64,000 nucleotides of DNA from an uncultured Lachnospiraceae bacterium (GTDB lineage Bacteria > Bacillota > Clostridia > Lachnospirales > Lachnospiraceae): positions 10,898 through 74,897 of the forward strand of contig CAJTSD010000010.1 in the NCBI GenBank assembly GCA_910578795.1. Reading direction: 5' to 3'. The translations under genes and the position numbers were made by a program. Of this stretch, positions 20,546-30,766 are shown piece after piece (positions within the stretch are counted from its first letter, which is position 1; every line of letters begins with the position of its first letter). The notes beneath the pieces were generated by a model, which worked only from the letters and a program-made list of their open reading frames with translations, made no database searches and was not told the origin of the DNA.

Positions 20546-22690
20546 ATGGCAGAAAAAAGAGGAAACTTGTCAATTAACAGTGATAATATTTTCCCGATAA
20601 TTAAAAAGTGGTTGTACTCAGATCACGATATTTTTTACAGAGAATTAATTTCTAACGGATGTGACGCCATCACGAAATTAAAGAAGTTGGAAATGATGGG
20701 AGAGTATGAATATCCCGCGGGTGTGAAAAACGATATCCATATTGTTGTCAATCCTGAGGAAAAAACTTTGAAGTTTATTGATACCGGTCTTGGAATGACG
20801 GCGGATGAGGTGGAGGAGTATATCAATCAGATTGCTTTTTCAGGTGCGACGGACTTTATTGAAAAGTACAAGGATAAGGCAAATGATGATCAGATTATCG
20901 GTCACTTCGGACTTGGTTTCTATTCCGCATTTATGGTTGCCGATGAGGTGCATATTGATACGCTTTCGTATAAAGAGGGCGCGCAGCCTGTACATTGGGA
21001 GTGCGACGGCGGTACGGAGTTTGCCATGTCGGACGGCAATAGGACGGCAGTAGGTACAGAGGTAACGCTTTTCCTGAATGAGGACTGCCTGGAGTTCTGC
21101 AACGAGTATAAGGCAAGAGAAGTGATTAAAAAATACTGTTCGTTCATGCCGTATGAGATTTATCTTGAGAAGGCAAATGCGCCCGAGGAGTTTGAAACGA
21201 TTGATCCTGCGGACAAGAGGGACGATGATGTTGTTGTCGAGACGGTCACAGAGGAGAAGGAAATCCCCGGCGAGGAAATCTCCACAGAAGATGGCAAAGA
21301 GCCGGCAAAGGAAACGGTTGAGAAGCTTAAGATTAAGAAGCGTCCCATACCGCTTAATGAAACGCATCCGCTTTGGACAAAACATCCGAACGATTGTACG
21401 AAGGAAGACTATGTTGACTTTTACAGAAAAGTATTTCAGGATTACAAGGAGCCGCTGTTTTGGATTCATTTAAATATGGATTATCCGTTTAACATGAAGG
21501 GCATTTTGTATTTCCCCAAGATTAATATGGAGTATGAGTCGATTGAGGGCACGATTAAGCTCTATAACAATCAGGTGTTTATCGCGGACAACATCAAGGA
21601 GGTCATTCCAGAATTTCTGCTGTTATTAAAGGGTGTGATTGACTGTCCGGACCTTCCGTTAAATGTTTCACGAAGCGCATTGCAGAACGACGGATTTGTG
21701 ACAAAAATCAGCGAGTATATCACAAAGAAGGTTGCAGACAAGCTTTCTGGTATGTGCAAGACGGACAAGGAAAATTATGAGAAATACTGGGATGATATCA
21801 GTCCGTTCATCAAGTTTGGCTGTTTAAAGGATGACAAGTTCTGCGAGAAGATGACAGATTATATTCTGTTTAAGAATCTCGACGGAAAGTACCTTACGCT
21901 TCCGGAATGCCTGGAAGTCAAAAAGATTGATCCTGATGAAACGGAAAATGCGGAAAACAAAGAGAGCGCGGAAGGCAGCGCGTCCGCAACAGATGCCGAG
22001 ACGGGCGAAAAGATTGAGGCGGAGGTCGTGGATGAGGATGGTGAAACCGTTGACATCCCGACAGAAGATGAGGAAACGAAGGAAAAGATTATTTATTACG
22101 TAACGGATCCCGTTCAGCAGAGCCAGTATATCAATATGTTCAAAAAGGCAAAGATGGATGCGGTCGTACTTCCTGACAGAATTGACCAGCCGTTTGTATC
22201 GCAGCTTGAGTCGAAAAATGAGGGCATTAAGTTTTCACGTATTGATGCAGACCTTACGGATACCTTTAAGACAAAGAATTCGAAGAAGGTAGAGGAAGAG
22301 CTTGCAAAGAAGAGTGAGGAAATTTCCAAACTGTTTAAGAAAGCTGTTAACAAGGACAGCATTACGGTCAAGGTTGAGAAGCTTAAGAACAAGGATATTG
22401 CATCCATGATTACGGTTTCCGAGGAAGCACGCAGAATGCAGGATATGATGAAGATGTATGCAATGCCCGGTATGGATATGGGAATGGGCAAGGAAGGCGA
22501 AACGCTCATCTTAAATGCAAATAACAAGCTTGTGGAATATGTGCTTGAGCATCAGGAAGGCGAACATGTGGATTTGATTTGTGAACAGCTCTATGATTTG
22601 GCATTAATCCAGCAGGCACCGTTACAACCTGAGCAGATGACAAAGTTTATCAGTAGAAGTAATAAGATTATGCTGTTGCTTGCAAAATAA
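20546..22690 (+). CDS. htpG: molecular chaperone HtpG (Hsp90)
   Basis: 714 aa. GHKL ATPase motifs ELISNGCDAI, DTGLGMT, IGHFGLGFYSAFMVA. An acidic insert lies in the C-terminal half. Confidence 0.92.
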   Translation: MAEKRGNLSINSDNIFPIIKKWLYSDHDIFYRELISNGCDAITKLKKLEMMGEYEYPAGVKNDIHIVVNPEEKTLKFIDTGLGMTADEVEEYINQIAFSGATDFIEKYKDKANDDQIIGHFGLGFYSAFMVADEVHIDTLSYKEGAQPVHWECDGGTEFAMSDGNRTAVGTEVTLFLNEDCLEFCNEYKAREVIKKYCSFMPYEIYLEKANAPEEFETIDPADKRDDDVVVETVTEEKEIPGEEISTEDGKEPAKETVEKLKIKKRPIPLNETHPLWTKHPNDCTKEDYVDFYRKVFQDYKEPLFWIHLNMDYPFNMKGILYFPKINMEYESIEGTIKLYNNQVFIADNIKEVIPEFLLLLKGVIDCPDLPLNVSRSALQNDGFVTKISEYITKKVADKLSGMCKTDKENYEKYWDDISPFIKFGCLKDDKFCEKMTDYILFKNLDGKYLTLPECLEVKKIDPDETENAENKESAEGSASATDAETGEKIEAEVVDEDGETVDIPTEDEETKEKIIYYVTDPVQQSQYINMFKKAKMDAVVLPDRIDQPFVSQLESKNEGIKFSRIDADLTDTFKTKNSKKVEEELAKKSEEISKLFKKAVNKDSITVKVEKLKNKDIASMITVSEEARRMQDMMKMYAMPGMDMGMGKEGETLILNANNKLVEYVLEHQEGEHVDLICEQLYDLALIQQAPLQPEQMTKFISRSNKIMLLLAK

Positions 22691-22780
22691 AAAAACGCAG
22701 GCTGCCGGACCTGCGTTCAAAGAATTTTCAAAGCAAATTCTTTCCGGAAAAATTTACACTGTTGCACTGTTTGATGCATA

Positions 22781-22824
22781 AAAAAGACGGCTGACATGAG
22801 GAAGGAAAATGTCAGCCGTTTTTC
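22781..22824. terminator. bidirectional intrinsic terminator
   Basis: 11-bp stem acggctgacat / atgtcagccgt flanked by an A-run and a T-run. Confidence 0.75.
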
Positions 22825-22833
22825 AGTTGTTTT

Positions 22834-23373
22834 TTATGAATGCGGTATTACGCGAAGCTGTGTGATGCGGTCGTCACTGATTAGCCATGTGCTTTCACGG
22901 TCTGCGCCAATGACTTCACAGAGCGTAGAGTACAGACAAAGCTCCGGATTCCACAGATAATCACGTTCCTCATACATGCCCAAAAGCAGATCTCTGTCTA
23001 TCAGTCCGGTAAAGCCAAGCTCTTTGACAGGCTTTAAGCCAAGCTCAAAGCCAAGGCGCGGATTGTAGGTGGAAATAATGATGCCTTCTTTTAAAATGTC
23101 ATGTATGATTACGTTTTCATAACATTCCCTTACGACGCCTACCATACGGATTTCACAGGCTCTTGTGAGCAGCTCGTCCCGAATATCAGTCTGCATCAGA
23201 TATCTGCCATCGTCAACAGGAAAGGTAAAATTTTCGTCTGCAACGTCAGAATACAGGACATAGCGACCGATACCGAGGTAAACGGCAGCATATTCCCTGC
23301 CATCATAGGTTACATAAAGACCGCCACGATACTCCCCCGTAGAAGTCCCTTCAAACTCAAAGCGTTCCCTCAT
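22834..23373 (-). CDS. hypothetical protein
   Basis: 179-aa ORF with SD GGGAGA upstream. No recognisable motif. Confidence 0.5.
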   Translation of the reverse strand: MRERFEFEGTSTGEYRGGLYVTYDGREYAAVYLGIGRYVLYSDVADENFTFPVDDGRYLMQTDIRDELLTRACEIRMVGVVRECYENVIIHDILKEGIIISTYNPRLGFELGLKPVKELGFTGLIDRDLLLGMYEERDYLWNPELCLYSTLCEVIGADRESTWLISDDRITQLRVIPHS

Positions 23374-23646
23374 ATGTTATCTCCCTTTTAACTTATTATG
23401 TAAAGTCCTTAACTATTAATCATAATATTATAAGGACTTCCAAAAGACAAGGGATTGTAGCCGAAAAAATCATAACAACACACTGTTTTCGGAATTGTTT
23501 GTTTTTTTTGAAATAATGCGACTTTTCCGGAAGCGTTCTGAAACGAGAAATTCGTTGATAATCTTGTGATTGAGTGATAGAATGATTAGGAAAACAGGTT
23601 TTATTTCGGGAAAACTACGAATGAGATTAAGGAAAGGAATATCAAT

Positions 23647-24705
23647 ATGCCACAAACAGTAGAAGAAATATTGTCAGCAGCAAAAAGAGCAGGTGCTTCC
23701 GATGTACATATCACCGTGGGGATTCCTCCGAAAATGAGGGTGAATGGCAAACTGATTATGATGGAGGGCGAACGGCTTATGCCTGCGGATACGATGGTGA
23801 TTGCGGAGTCCGTGATGAATGACGTGCAGAAGGCGCGTTTTGAGGAAAAGGGAGAGGTCGATATGTCCTTTGCGATTGCGGGTGAGGGACGTTATCGCGT
23901 GAACGTTTATAAGCAGAGAGGCTCGGCTGCTATGGCATTTCGTTTGGTGGACACGGTCGTTCCGTCACCGGAAACGCTTGGTGTTCCGAATTCTGTCATT
24001 GATTTGTACAATAGAAAAAGGGGGCTGATTCTTGTCACAGGACCTACTGGAAGCGGCAAATCGACGACGCTTGCGGCAATTATTGATAAAATCAACAACA
24101 ATAGAGAAGCACATGTTATTACGCTGGAGGATCCGATTGAGTACCTGCATCAGCATAAATCGTCCATTGTAAACCAGCGGGAGATTGGATTGGATTCCAT
24201 GTCTTATGCAAATGCGCTTAGGGCGGCGCTCCGGGAGGATCCGGATGTTATTCTTGTGGGTGAGATGCGTGATTTTGAAACCATCAGTGTAGCGATTACG
24301 GCAGCTGAAACAGGGCATTTAGTCTTATCAACACTGCATACGATTGGTGCGGCAAGCACGGTAGACCGTGTGATTGACGTGTTTCCGCCGCATCAGCAGC
24401 AGCAAATCCGTGTACAGCTTGCAAATGTGCTTGAGGCGGTTATTTCACAGCAGCTTGTGCCAATGATAGATGGAAAAGGACGTGTGGCGGCATTTGAAGT
24501 GCTTCATACCAATTCGGCGGTCAGAAATTTGATTCGTGAGGGAAAGACACATCAAATAACGAGCGTTATGCAAACAAACAGGAAAATGGGTATGATAACG
24601 ATGGATGATGCGCTTGTGCAGCTCTTTCAGCAATATAAAATTGACAAGGAGATGGCAATCCAATTTGCACAGGATCCTGAGAATATTAAGAATAAGCTGT
24701 TTTAA
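23647..24705 (+). CDS. pilT: type IV pilus retraction ATPase PilT
   Basis: 352 aa. Walker A GPTGSGKSTT, Asp box, Walker B ILVGEMRD, His box TGHLVLSTLHT. Confidence 0.9.
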   Translation: MPQTVEEILSAAKRAGASDVHITVGIPPKMRVNGKLIMMEGERLMPADTMVIAESVMNDVQKARFEEKGEVDMSFAIAGEGRYRVNVYKQRGSAAMAFRLVDTVVPSPETLGVPNSVIDLYNRKRGLILVTGPTGSGKSTTLAAIIDKINNNREAHVITLEDPIEYLHQHKSSIVNQREIGLDSMSYANALRAALREDPDVILVGEMRDFETISVAITAAETGHLVLSTLHTIGAASTVDRVIDVFPPHQQQQIRVQLANVLEAVISQQLVPMIDGKGRVAAFEVLHTNSAVRNLIREGKTHQITSVMQTNRKMGMITMDDALVQLFQQYKIDKEMAIQFAQDPENIKNKLF

Positions 24706-24751
24706 GTCGGGGTAAACTGTAGTTGTCGAAAACGGAAAGGAAGAATGATTG

Positions 24752-25336
24752 ATGAGACCAAATCCAAAGCCACAGGAAATATACAGGCATTTTAAGGGGA
24801 ACGTGTATCAGATTATTACGATTGCGCGTCACTCAGAAACAAAAATAAAGATGGTGGTGTATCAGCAGCTTTATGCGCCGTATGAGGTATATGTCCGACC
24901 GCTTGACATGTTTATGAGCAAGATTGACACGAAAAAATATCCGAATGAAAAACAAATTTTCCGCTTTGAAAGGATTGACATCAGAGGTGAGGATAAGGTC
25001 GAAACGCCTAAGGAAAGCTCTGCCGAAACATTAAACCGGATTTTAAGCCGGGGAAAAAAGGAAAATGAAATTGCGCAGGACGTTTCGAAAGCCGACACAA
25101 AAGAGGAAGAGTTTGCGCTTGATCCAGGGCTTGTAGAATTTCTTGATGCAGACAGCTACGAGAAAAAGCTTCAGATATTGAGTTCTCTTCACAATAGAAT
25201 AACAGATGCTATGATAGATACAATGGCGGTAAGCCTTGATACAGAGGTAAAAGAGGGAGATATTGAAACCCGATATGCGGAAATCAGGAACTGCCTGCTT
25301 ACAATGGAACGGTTTGAGTGCAATCGATTGCGCTAA
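24752..25336 (+). CDS. DUF1653-like protein with C-terminal extension
   Basis: N-terminus YRHFKGNVYQIITIARHSETKIKMVVYQQLY matches the DUF1653 pattern as I remember it. Confidence 0.55.
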   Translation: MRPNPKPQEIYRHFKGNVYQIITIARHSETKIKMVVYQQLYAPYEVYVRPLDMFMSKIDTKKYPNEKQIFRFERIDIRGEDKVETPKESSAETLNRILSRGKKENEIAQDVSKADTKEEEFALDPGLVEFLDADSYEKKLQILSSLHNRITDAMIDTMAVSLDTEVKEGDIETRYAEIRNCLLTMERFECNRLR

Positions 25337-25348
25337 AAGGAGATAAAA

Positions 25349-26374
25349 ATGAAATTATTATCAATAGCAGTGCCATGCTACAATTCGTCGGCGTATATGA
25401 GAAGATGTATTGATTCTCTTCTGCCCGGCGGCGAAGATGTGGAGATTATTATTGTAAATGACGGATCGACGGATAATACGGCGGATATTGCAGAAGAATA
25501 CAGGGAACGCTTTCCAGGGATTGTAAAGGTTGTGAATAAAGAAAACGGGGGACACGGTTCGGCAGTGAACGCTGGTTTGGCGTATGCAAAAGGTCTGTAT
25601 TTCAAAGTGGTTGACAGTGATGACTGGGTGAATCAGAGTGCATACATTAAAATTTTAGATACACTCAAGGGGCTTCTTTTGGATGCAAAGACTGTGGATT
25701 TGTTTATCAGCAATTACGTATACGAAAAAGAGGGGGAACGGCGCAAGAAGGTGATGAAGTATCACCACGCGCTATTGCAGGATCAGATTTTTACGTGGAA
25801 GGACGTAAGGCACTTTCGGGTCGGACAGTATATTTTGATGCACTCGGTGATTTACCGGACAAGCCTTCTTCGGGAGTGTGGGTTAAAACTTCCGGAACAT
25901 ACATTCTATGTGGACAATATTTTTGTTTTTAATCCATTACCTTATGTCAAGACGATGTATTATCTTGATGTGAATTTCTACCGTTATTTTATTGGCAGGG
26001 AGGATCAGTCAGTAAATGAGCAGGTTATGATTGGACGGATTGACCAGCAGATTAAGGTAAATAAACTGTTGGTGGATTATTATGTAAGCGAAAAACAGCG
26101 CATTATTGTAAATGGCAAGCTGCGGCGTTATATGCTGAACTATCTTGATATCATAACAACGGTTTCTTCCGTGCTGTTAATCCGCTCGGAGCAGGAAGAA
26201 AACTTGGAAAAAAAGAAAGAGCTGTGGAATTATATCAAGGAAAAAGACCGATGGATATGGAGGCATCTGCGTTTTGGAATATTGGGGAGCGCGATGCATC
26301 TGCCCGGAAAGCTTGGCAGGAAAATTACGGTGGACGGCTATAAAATATGTCAGAGAATTTTCCACTTTAATTAA
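25349..26374 (+). CDS. family 2 glycosyltransferase
   Basis: GT-A N-terminus LSIAVPCYNSSAYMRRCIDSLL, IIVNDGSTDNT, and a DxD-like VDSDD. Confidence 0.85.
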   Translation: MKLLSIAVPCYNSSAYMRRCIDSLLPGGEDVEIIIVNDGSTDNTADIAEEYRERFPGIVKVVNKENGGHGSAVNAGLAYAKGLYFKVVDSDDWVNQSAYIKILDTLKGLLLDAKTVDLFISNYVYEKEGERRKKVMKYHHALLQDQIFTWKDVRHFRVGQYILMHSVIYRTSLLRECGLKLPEHTFYVDNIFVFNPLPYVKTMYYLDVNFYRYFIGREDQSVNEQVMIGRIDQQIKVNKLLVDYYVSEKQRIIVNGKLRRYMLNYLDIITTVSSVLLIRSEQEENLEKKKELWNYIKEKDRWIWRHLRFGILGSAMHLPGKLGRKITVDGYKICQRIFHFN

Positions 26375-26448
26375 CACAAGCCTTGTAAAGGAAGCAGAAA
26401 ACAGGTATACTTAAGAAATATTACAAAATATTATGGAGGAAGAAATTC

Positions 26449-27687
26449 ATGTATTCACTTGACGAAATCAGAAATGTAGATCCACAGATAGCAGACGCTA
26501 TTGTTGCGGAACAGGAAAGACAGAACAGTCATATTGAGCTGATCGCATCAGAGAACTGGGTAAGCAAGGCTGTGATGGCTGCAATGGGGAGCCCGCTGAC
26601 CAATAAATATGCAGAAGGATATCCTGCAAAACGCTACTATGGCGGATGTGATTGTGTTGATGTGGTGGAAAACCTCGCGATTGAGCGTGCAAAACAGTTG
26701 TTTGGATGCGATTATGCCAATGTGCAGCCCCATTCCGGCGCACAGGCAAATATGGCTGTCCAGTTCGCGGTGCTTGAGCCGGGCGACACAATTATGGGGA
26801 TGAATCTTGACCATGGCGGACATCTTACACATGGTTCACCGGTCAATATGTCGGGAAAATATTTCCATGTAGTGCCTTATGGCGTGAATGACGACGGATT
26901 CCTTGATTATGATAAAATGAGAGCGCTTGCATTGGAGCATAAGCCCAAAATGATTATTGCGGGTGCAAGTGCATATGCAAGAACCATTGACTTTAAAAAG
27001 TTTAGGGAAGTCTGTGACGAAGTGGGCGCTGTGTTAATGGTGGATATGGCGCATATTGCAGGCTTGGTTGCTGCCGGACTTCATCCGAGCCCGATGCCGT
27101 ACGCGGATGTCGTGACAACAACGACACACAAGACCCTCAGGGGACCGAGAGGCGGATTGATTTTGGCAAATCAGGAAGCGGCGGAGAAGTTTAACTTCAA
27201 TAAGGCGATTTTCCCAGGGATTCAGGGAGGACCTTTGATGCATGTAATCGCAGCAAAGGCGGTATGTTTCCAGGAGGCGCTCACGGATGACTTTAAAGTG
27301 TACCAGCAGCAGATTATTAAAAACGCACAGGCGTTATGCAAGGGACTGATTGACCGTGATATTAAGATTGTATCCGGCGGTACGGATAATCACTTGATGC
27401 TCGTTGACCTTACTACATATGATCTTACAGGTAAGGCGGTCGAGAAGCTTATGGATGAGGCACACATCACATGTAACAAGAACACAATACCAAATGATCC
27501 GAAGTCACCGTTTGTCACAAGCGGCATCCGGTTGGGGACACCTGCGGTTACAAGCCGTGGCATGAAGGAAGAGGATATGGACAAGATTGCGGAAGCAATT
27601 GCCGTTGTGATAAAGGGACAGGAGAGTGCAGTGCCGCAGGCGCGTGCAATCGTGCAGTCACTTACGGATAAATATCCGTTAATATAA
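26449..27687 (+). CDS. glyA: serine hydroxymethyltransferase
   Basis: 412 aa. [23 protein letters not shown]-Lys context [14 protein letters not shown]. Confidence 0.95.
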   Translation: MYSLDEIRNVDPQIADAIVAEQERQNSHIELIASENWVSKAVMAAMGSPLTNKYAEGYPAKRYYGGCDCVDVVENLAIERAKQLFGCDYANVQPHSGAQANMAVQFAVLEPGDTIMGMNLDHGGHLTHGSPVNMSGKYFHVVPYGVNDDGFLDYDKMRALALEHKPKMIIAGASAYARTIDFKKFREVCDEVGAVLMVDMAHIAGLVAAGLHPSPMPYADVVTTTTHKTLRGPRGGLILANQEAAEKFNFNKAIFPGIQGGPLMHVIAAKAVCFQEALTDDFKVYQQQIIKNAQALCKGLIDRDIKIVSGGTDNHLMLVDLTTYDLTGKAVEKLMDEAHITCNKNTIPNDPKSPFVTSGIRLGTPAVTSRGMKEEDMDKIAEAIAVVIKGQESAVPQARAIVQSLTDKYPLI

Positions 27688-27777
27688 CATTGCGAAAACA
27701 GCAGCATATATTTATTAGTTATAAGCGAAGCTTTTTGCAAGTCGGGTGCTTCGGCACTCGACATATTAAGGGGAGCT

Positions 27778-29061
27778 ATGAGAGACGAACATATTAAGAG
27801 GGAGAAGCGCAGGCGAAGACGTATCAGGAACCAGTTTTTTGCATATATGGCGCTTGTGATGTTTGCGGTTGCGGTGCTTGCCGGGATTTATTTTGGTGCA
27901 GGCGGCATCGTCAGATATATTAAGAATTATAATCATCATGTCAGTGAGGTCATTGCGGAAGCAGAGTCAAGCGCTGCGGCGGAACTTGAGAGCACCGTGC
28001 CGCAGGAGCAAAGGGAACCAGTCACGGCGCCCGAGGAGAAAGAATATTCGTCGCAGCTGTCTGAGGATCCTTTGGGAGAGCTTGTAGATACGCTATTGCA
28101 GGATATGACCATAGAGGAAATGGCTGCAGGTTTGTTTATGGTGACGCCGGAAGCACTGACCGGCGTGCAGACCGTGGTGCAGGCTGGGGATGGCACAAAG
28201 AATGCGATTGCCGAAAAGCCTGTGGGGGGAATTATCTATTCTGCCAAAAATTTCAAATCCAAAGAACAGTTTCAGGAGATGCTGGAGAATACAAAAAATT
28301 TTTCTAAATATCCGCTTTTTATGGCAGTAACGGCTGAATGCGGGGAGGATTCCTCCTTTGGGATAGCGGACACCAAAAGTGCGTCGGAAATTACGGATTT
28401 GAACAGCGCAGGCGAGGCATATACAGTAATCGGGGAAACGCTTGCTTCTTACGGCATTAACATGAATTTGGCGCCCGTGTCGGAAATTGTGGCTTCGGAC
28501 GGCGACAGCAGCCTTCAGGGGCGGACATTTGGCTCGGATGCTGCTGCTGCGGCGCCGCTGGTCAATGCATCGGTACAAGCGATGCAGGACAAAGGTGTGA
28601 GTGCGGTGCTGCAAAAATTTCCGGGGACAGGTACGGGGTTAAAGACTTTGGAAGAACTGAAAAACAGTGAGTTTTTGGTTTATGATGCAGCGATAAAATG
28701 CGGTACGGATTGTGTTATGGTTTCGAATATTAGTTCGAAAGAGGTAACAGCAAATGATATTCCGGATTCTCTTTCGGCAACAATCATAACGGAATTGCTC
28801 AGGGGAGATTTGGGGTTTGACGGTGTTGTGATAACGGATGCACTCGATGCTGCTGTGATTACGGAAAATTATACGCCTGCCGAGGCAGCAGTTGCGGCAA
28901 TTGAGGCAGGTGCAGATGTTTTGTACCGACCGGCAGATTTTGATGAGGCATATGAGGGGGTTCTTCAGGCGGTAACAGACGGAAAGATTACGAAAGAGCG
29001 TATTCGTGAATCTCTAGTGCGCATTTATCGTGTGAAATACAAAGATAAGGTTTTGGATTAA
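27778..29061 (+). CDS. membrane-anchored glycoside hydrolase family 3 (NagZ-like beta-N-acetylhexosaminidase) domain protein
   Basis: N-terminal TM helix. GH3 N-domain with KFPGTG (compare KHFPGHG) and GFDGVVITDAL. Confidence 0.72.
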   Translation: MRDEHIKREKRRRRRIRNQFFAYMALVMFAVAVLAGIYFGAGGIVRYIKNYNHHVSEVIAEAESSAAAELESTVPQEQREPVTAPEEKEYSSQLSEDPLGELVDTLLQDMTIEEMAAGLFMVTPEALTGVQTVVQAGDGTKNAIAEKPVGGIIYSAKNFKSKEQFQEMLENTKNFSKYPLFMAVTAECGEDSSFGIADTKSASEITDLNSAGEAYTVIGETLASYGINMNLAPVSEIVASDGDSSLQGRTFGSDAAAAAPLVNASVQAMQDKGVSAVLQKFPGTGTGLKTLEELKNSEFLVYDAAIKCGTDCVMVSNISSKEVTANDIPDSLSATIITELLRGDLGFDGVVITDALDAAVITENYTPAEAAVAAIEAGADVLYRPADFDEAYEGVLQAVTDGKITKERIRESLVRIYRVKYKDKVLD

Positions 29062-29076
29062 AATAGTAAAAAAGAG

Positions 29077-29105
29077 TTGACAAATATAAAAAGTTGTAGT
29101 AAACT
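29077..29105 (+). promoter_or_regulatory. sigma-A type promoter of tRNA-Gly
   Basis: TTGACA, 17-nt spacer, TAAACT, about 50 nt upstream of the tRNA. Confidence 0.55.
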
Positions 29106-29156
29106 ATATTTTGTTCGTGAGAATATTCTGATAAATTGATAGAACAGAATAGGAAT

Positions 29157-29229
29157 GCGATAGTGGCGTAGTTGGTAACGCGCGACCTTGCCAAGGTCGA
29201 GACCGCGGGTTCGAGCCCCGTCTATCGCT
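29157..29229 (+). tRNA. tRNA-Gly (anticodon GCC)
   Basis: Hand-folded cloverleaf. Acceptor GCGATAG/CTATCGC, D arm GCGT/ACGC, anticodon stem CGACC/GGTCG with loop TTGCCAA, T arm GCGGG-TTCGAGC-CCCGT. No encoded CCA. Confidence 0.9.
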
Positions 29230-29233
29230 CTAT

Positions 29234-29259
29234 AAAAGCCTAGAGTTTCTAGGCTTTTT
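29234..29259. terminator. bidirectional terminator shared by tRNA-Gly and integrase
   Basis: aaaagcctag / ctaggctttt hairpin. The integrase stop codon (29249-29251) lies inside the stem. Confidence 0.7.
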
Positions 29260-30295
29260 CTTTTATATGTTGCATTTCATGTTGCATATCTTCAAAATGT
29301 GTCAGTGTCATGTTGGTATATTTTTCCTCATAATCCTTAATTGTGCCTCGATATATTGCTTTTAGTGTCTTATCCGAAGACCAGCCACCGCGCTGCATGA
29401 TATACTGGTCAGGAACGCCGATTGCATGCATAATGGACGCCGCATAGTGGCGCAGGTCATGGAAGCGGAACGCAGGTACGTCAAGCCGTCGAAGCGCACG
29501 CATGAACCTATGTGTGATTTGATCAGGATTGAGATTGACAATACGTCCTTCAGCAGGGCACTTGTCTATAACAAATTGCGGCATTTCTATTGTACGTGTG
29601 CTTGATACGGTTTTGGTGGTTTTGATTACCCAGTCATCAGAGCCACTGTCCACCATAGCACGTCGCACTGTAATTGTATTTCCGTCAATATCCCCGGTTT
29701 CCAGCCCGCAGACTTCGGAGCGCCGCAATGTACCAAACGCTGCAAGATAAACTGCAAGCTCCATATCCGGATCATTCTCGCTGAAATATTCTATTAAAGT
29801 TTTAATATCGCTGTCAGAGGGGACATATAACTTATGCGGTATGCTTTGGGGCAGTGTAATCCGCAGGCGTATATCCGGTGCAAAAGTGTCCAGCACTGCC
29901 CTGATCAGCCCGTAAGCGTTTTTGACAGTTTTAGGGCTGTGATCTTTTGCGAATCCGTTTACCCAGCGTTGGATATCATCATTGGTTATCTCACTTAGCC
30001 GGATATCTTTAATATCAGTATAATTATAGTTTTGCGCCCTTCGGTATTCGCGGATAGTGGACGGTGAGAGTACGTTGTTCTTCAAATCACAGTAATTTCC
30101 GATAGCAGTATACAGAGTATATTCAGGAAGCGTTTTTTTCTTTTCTTCCTTTTCCATTATGTACTGCGTTGCTTTATATTCCGCTTCTTTTTTGGTTGGA
30201 GCCGTAAAAGATTTGTATTTCCTTTTTCCGTCCTCCATGTGGTCAAATATCAGGCAGCGGTACGCGCCTGATGGTAGTTTTTTAGCTGTTGCCAT
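29249..30295 (-). CDS. int: phage integrase (tyrosine recombinase)
   Basis: 348 aa. N-terminal SAM-like domain. Catalytic residues in LRRSE, HDLRHYAAS, GGWSS...KAIY. Confidence 0.9.
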   Translation of the reverse strand: MATAKKLPSGAYRCLIFDHMEDGKRKYKSFTAPTKKEAEYKATQYIMEKEEKKKTLPEYTLYTAIGNYCDLKNNVLSPSTIREYRRAQNYNYTDIKDIRLSEITNDDIQRWVNGFAKDHSPKTVKNAYGLIRAVLDTFAPDIRLRITLPQSIPHKLYVPSDSDIKTLIEYFSENDPDMELAVYLAAFGTLRRSEVCGLETGDIDGNTITVRRAMVDSGSDDWVIKTTKTVSSTRTIEMPQFVIDKCPAEGRIVNLNPDQITHRFMRALRRLDVPAFRFHDLRHYAASIMHAIGVPDQYIMQRGGWSSDKTLKAIYRGTIKDYEEKYTNMTLTHFEDMQHEMQHIKEKA

Positions 30296-30387
30296 TGTAT
30301 CATTCCTCCTTAGAATATATTCAAACCGTTACAATTTGCAAACGGTTGATTTTTAGGTATAAAAATAACAGCCAGCGCATTTAACGC

Positions 30388-30416
30388 TTGCAGGCTGCCC
30401 CCAAAAATGATACAAT
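30388..30416 (+). promoter_or_regulatory. candidate promoter of a short + strand transcript
   Basis: TTGCAG, 17-nt spacer, TACAAT with a TG extended -10. About 40 nt upstream of the hairpin at 30457-30490. Confidence 0.4.
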
Positions 30417-30456
30417 ATTATTGCATATGAAAGTATCTCATTTTGGGATTCTTATG

Positions 30457-30490
30457 AAAATTGCTCGGTGTTTTCGCATCGGGCAATTTT
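30457..30490. terminator. bidirectional hairpin terminator/attenuator in the int upstream region
   Basis: 11-bp stem aaaattgctcg / cgggcaatttt (one G-U pair) with a 12-nt loop. A/T runs on both sides. Confidence 0.5.
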
Positions 30491-30550
30491 TATTTAATTG
30501 CGATGTCGCAACATATTTTTAGATTGTCCATGCAGACCTCTTATGTTTGA

Positions 30551-30579
30551 ATGATAACGCACGATTGCTGATGCGTCAA
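30551..30579 (-). promoter_or_regulatory. candidate - strand promoter (P-int or small RNA)
   Basis: On the - strand: TTGACG, 17-nt spacer, TATCAT. It points toward the hairpin at 30490-30457 and the int gene. Confidence 0.4.
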
Positions 30580-30674
30580 TGATATTTTATCAAATGCAAG
30601 GATATAAAATCTACCCTTGTTTTTTCATATCTTCAATATTTTTAGAGAATTAATTGCATTTTCAGTGATTTCCA

Positions 30675-30702
30675 TTGCGCAAATCCCTTGTAATAATATA
30701 AT
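30675..30702 (+). promoter_or_regulatory. candidate promoter of the toxin-like peptide mRNA
   Basis: TTGCGC, 16-nt spacer, TATAAT. The predicted 5' UTR is about 58 nt and carries an anti-SD CCTCC (30730-30734) complementary to the SD GGAGG (30752-30756). Confidence 0.45.
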
Positions 30703-30766
30703 AGATTTGTTAGAATAATCTCGTTGTCGCCTCCGATACTGGCAACAGGAAGGAGGTCTGCTTAAT

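Noticed and set aside
22694-22717. Terminator directly after htpG
   Set aside because: The 8-bp hairpin (aacgcagg/cctgcgtt) lacks a following T-run. The stronger bidirectional terminator at 22781-22824 is the more likely functional one.
30436-30531. 31-codon ORF (MKVSHFGILMKIARCFRIGQFLFNCDVATYF) as a second toxin peptide
   Set aside because: It has no SD and reads straight through the predicted terminator hairpin.
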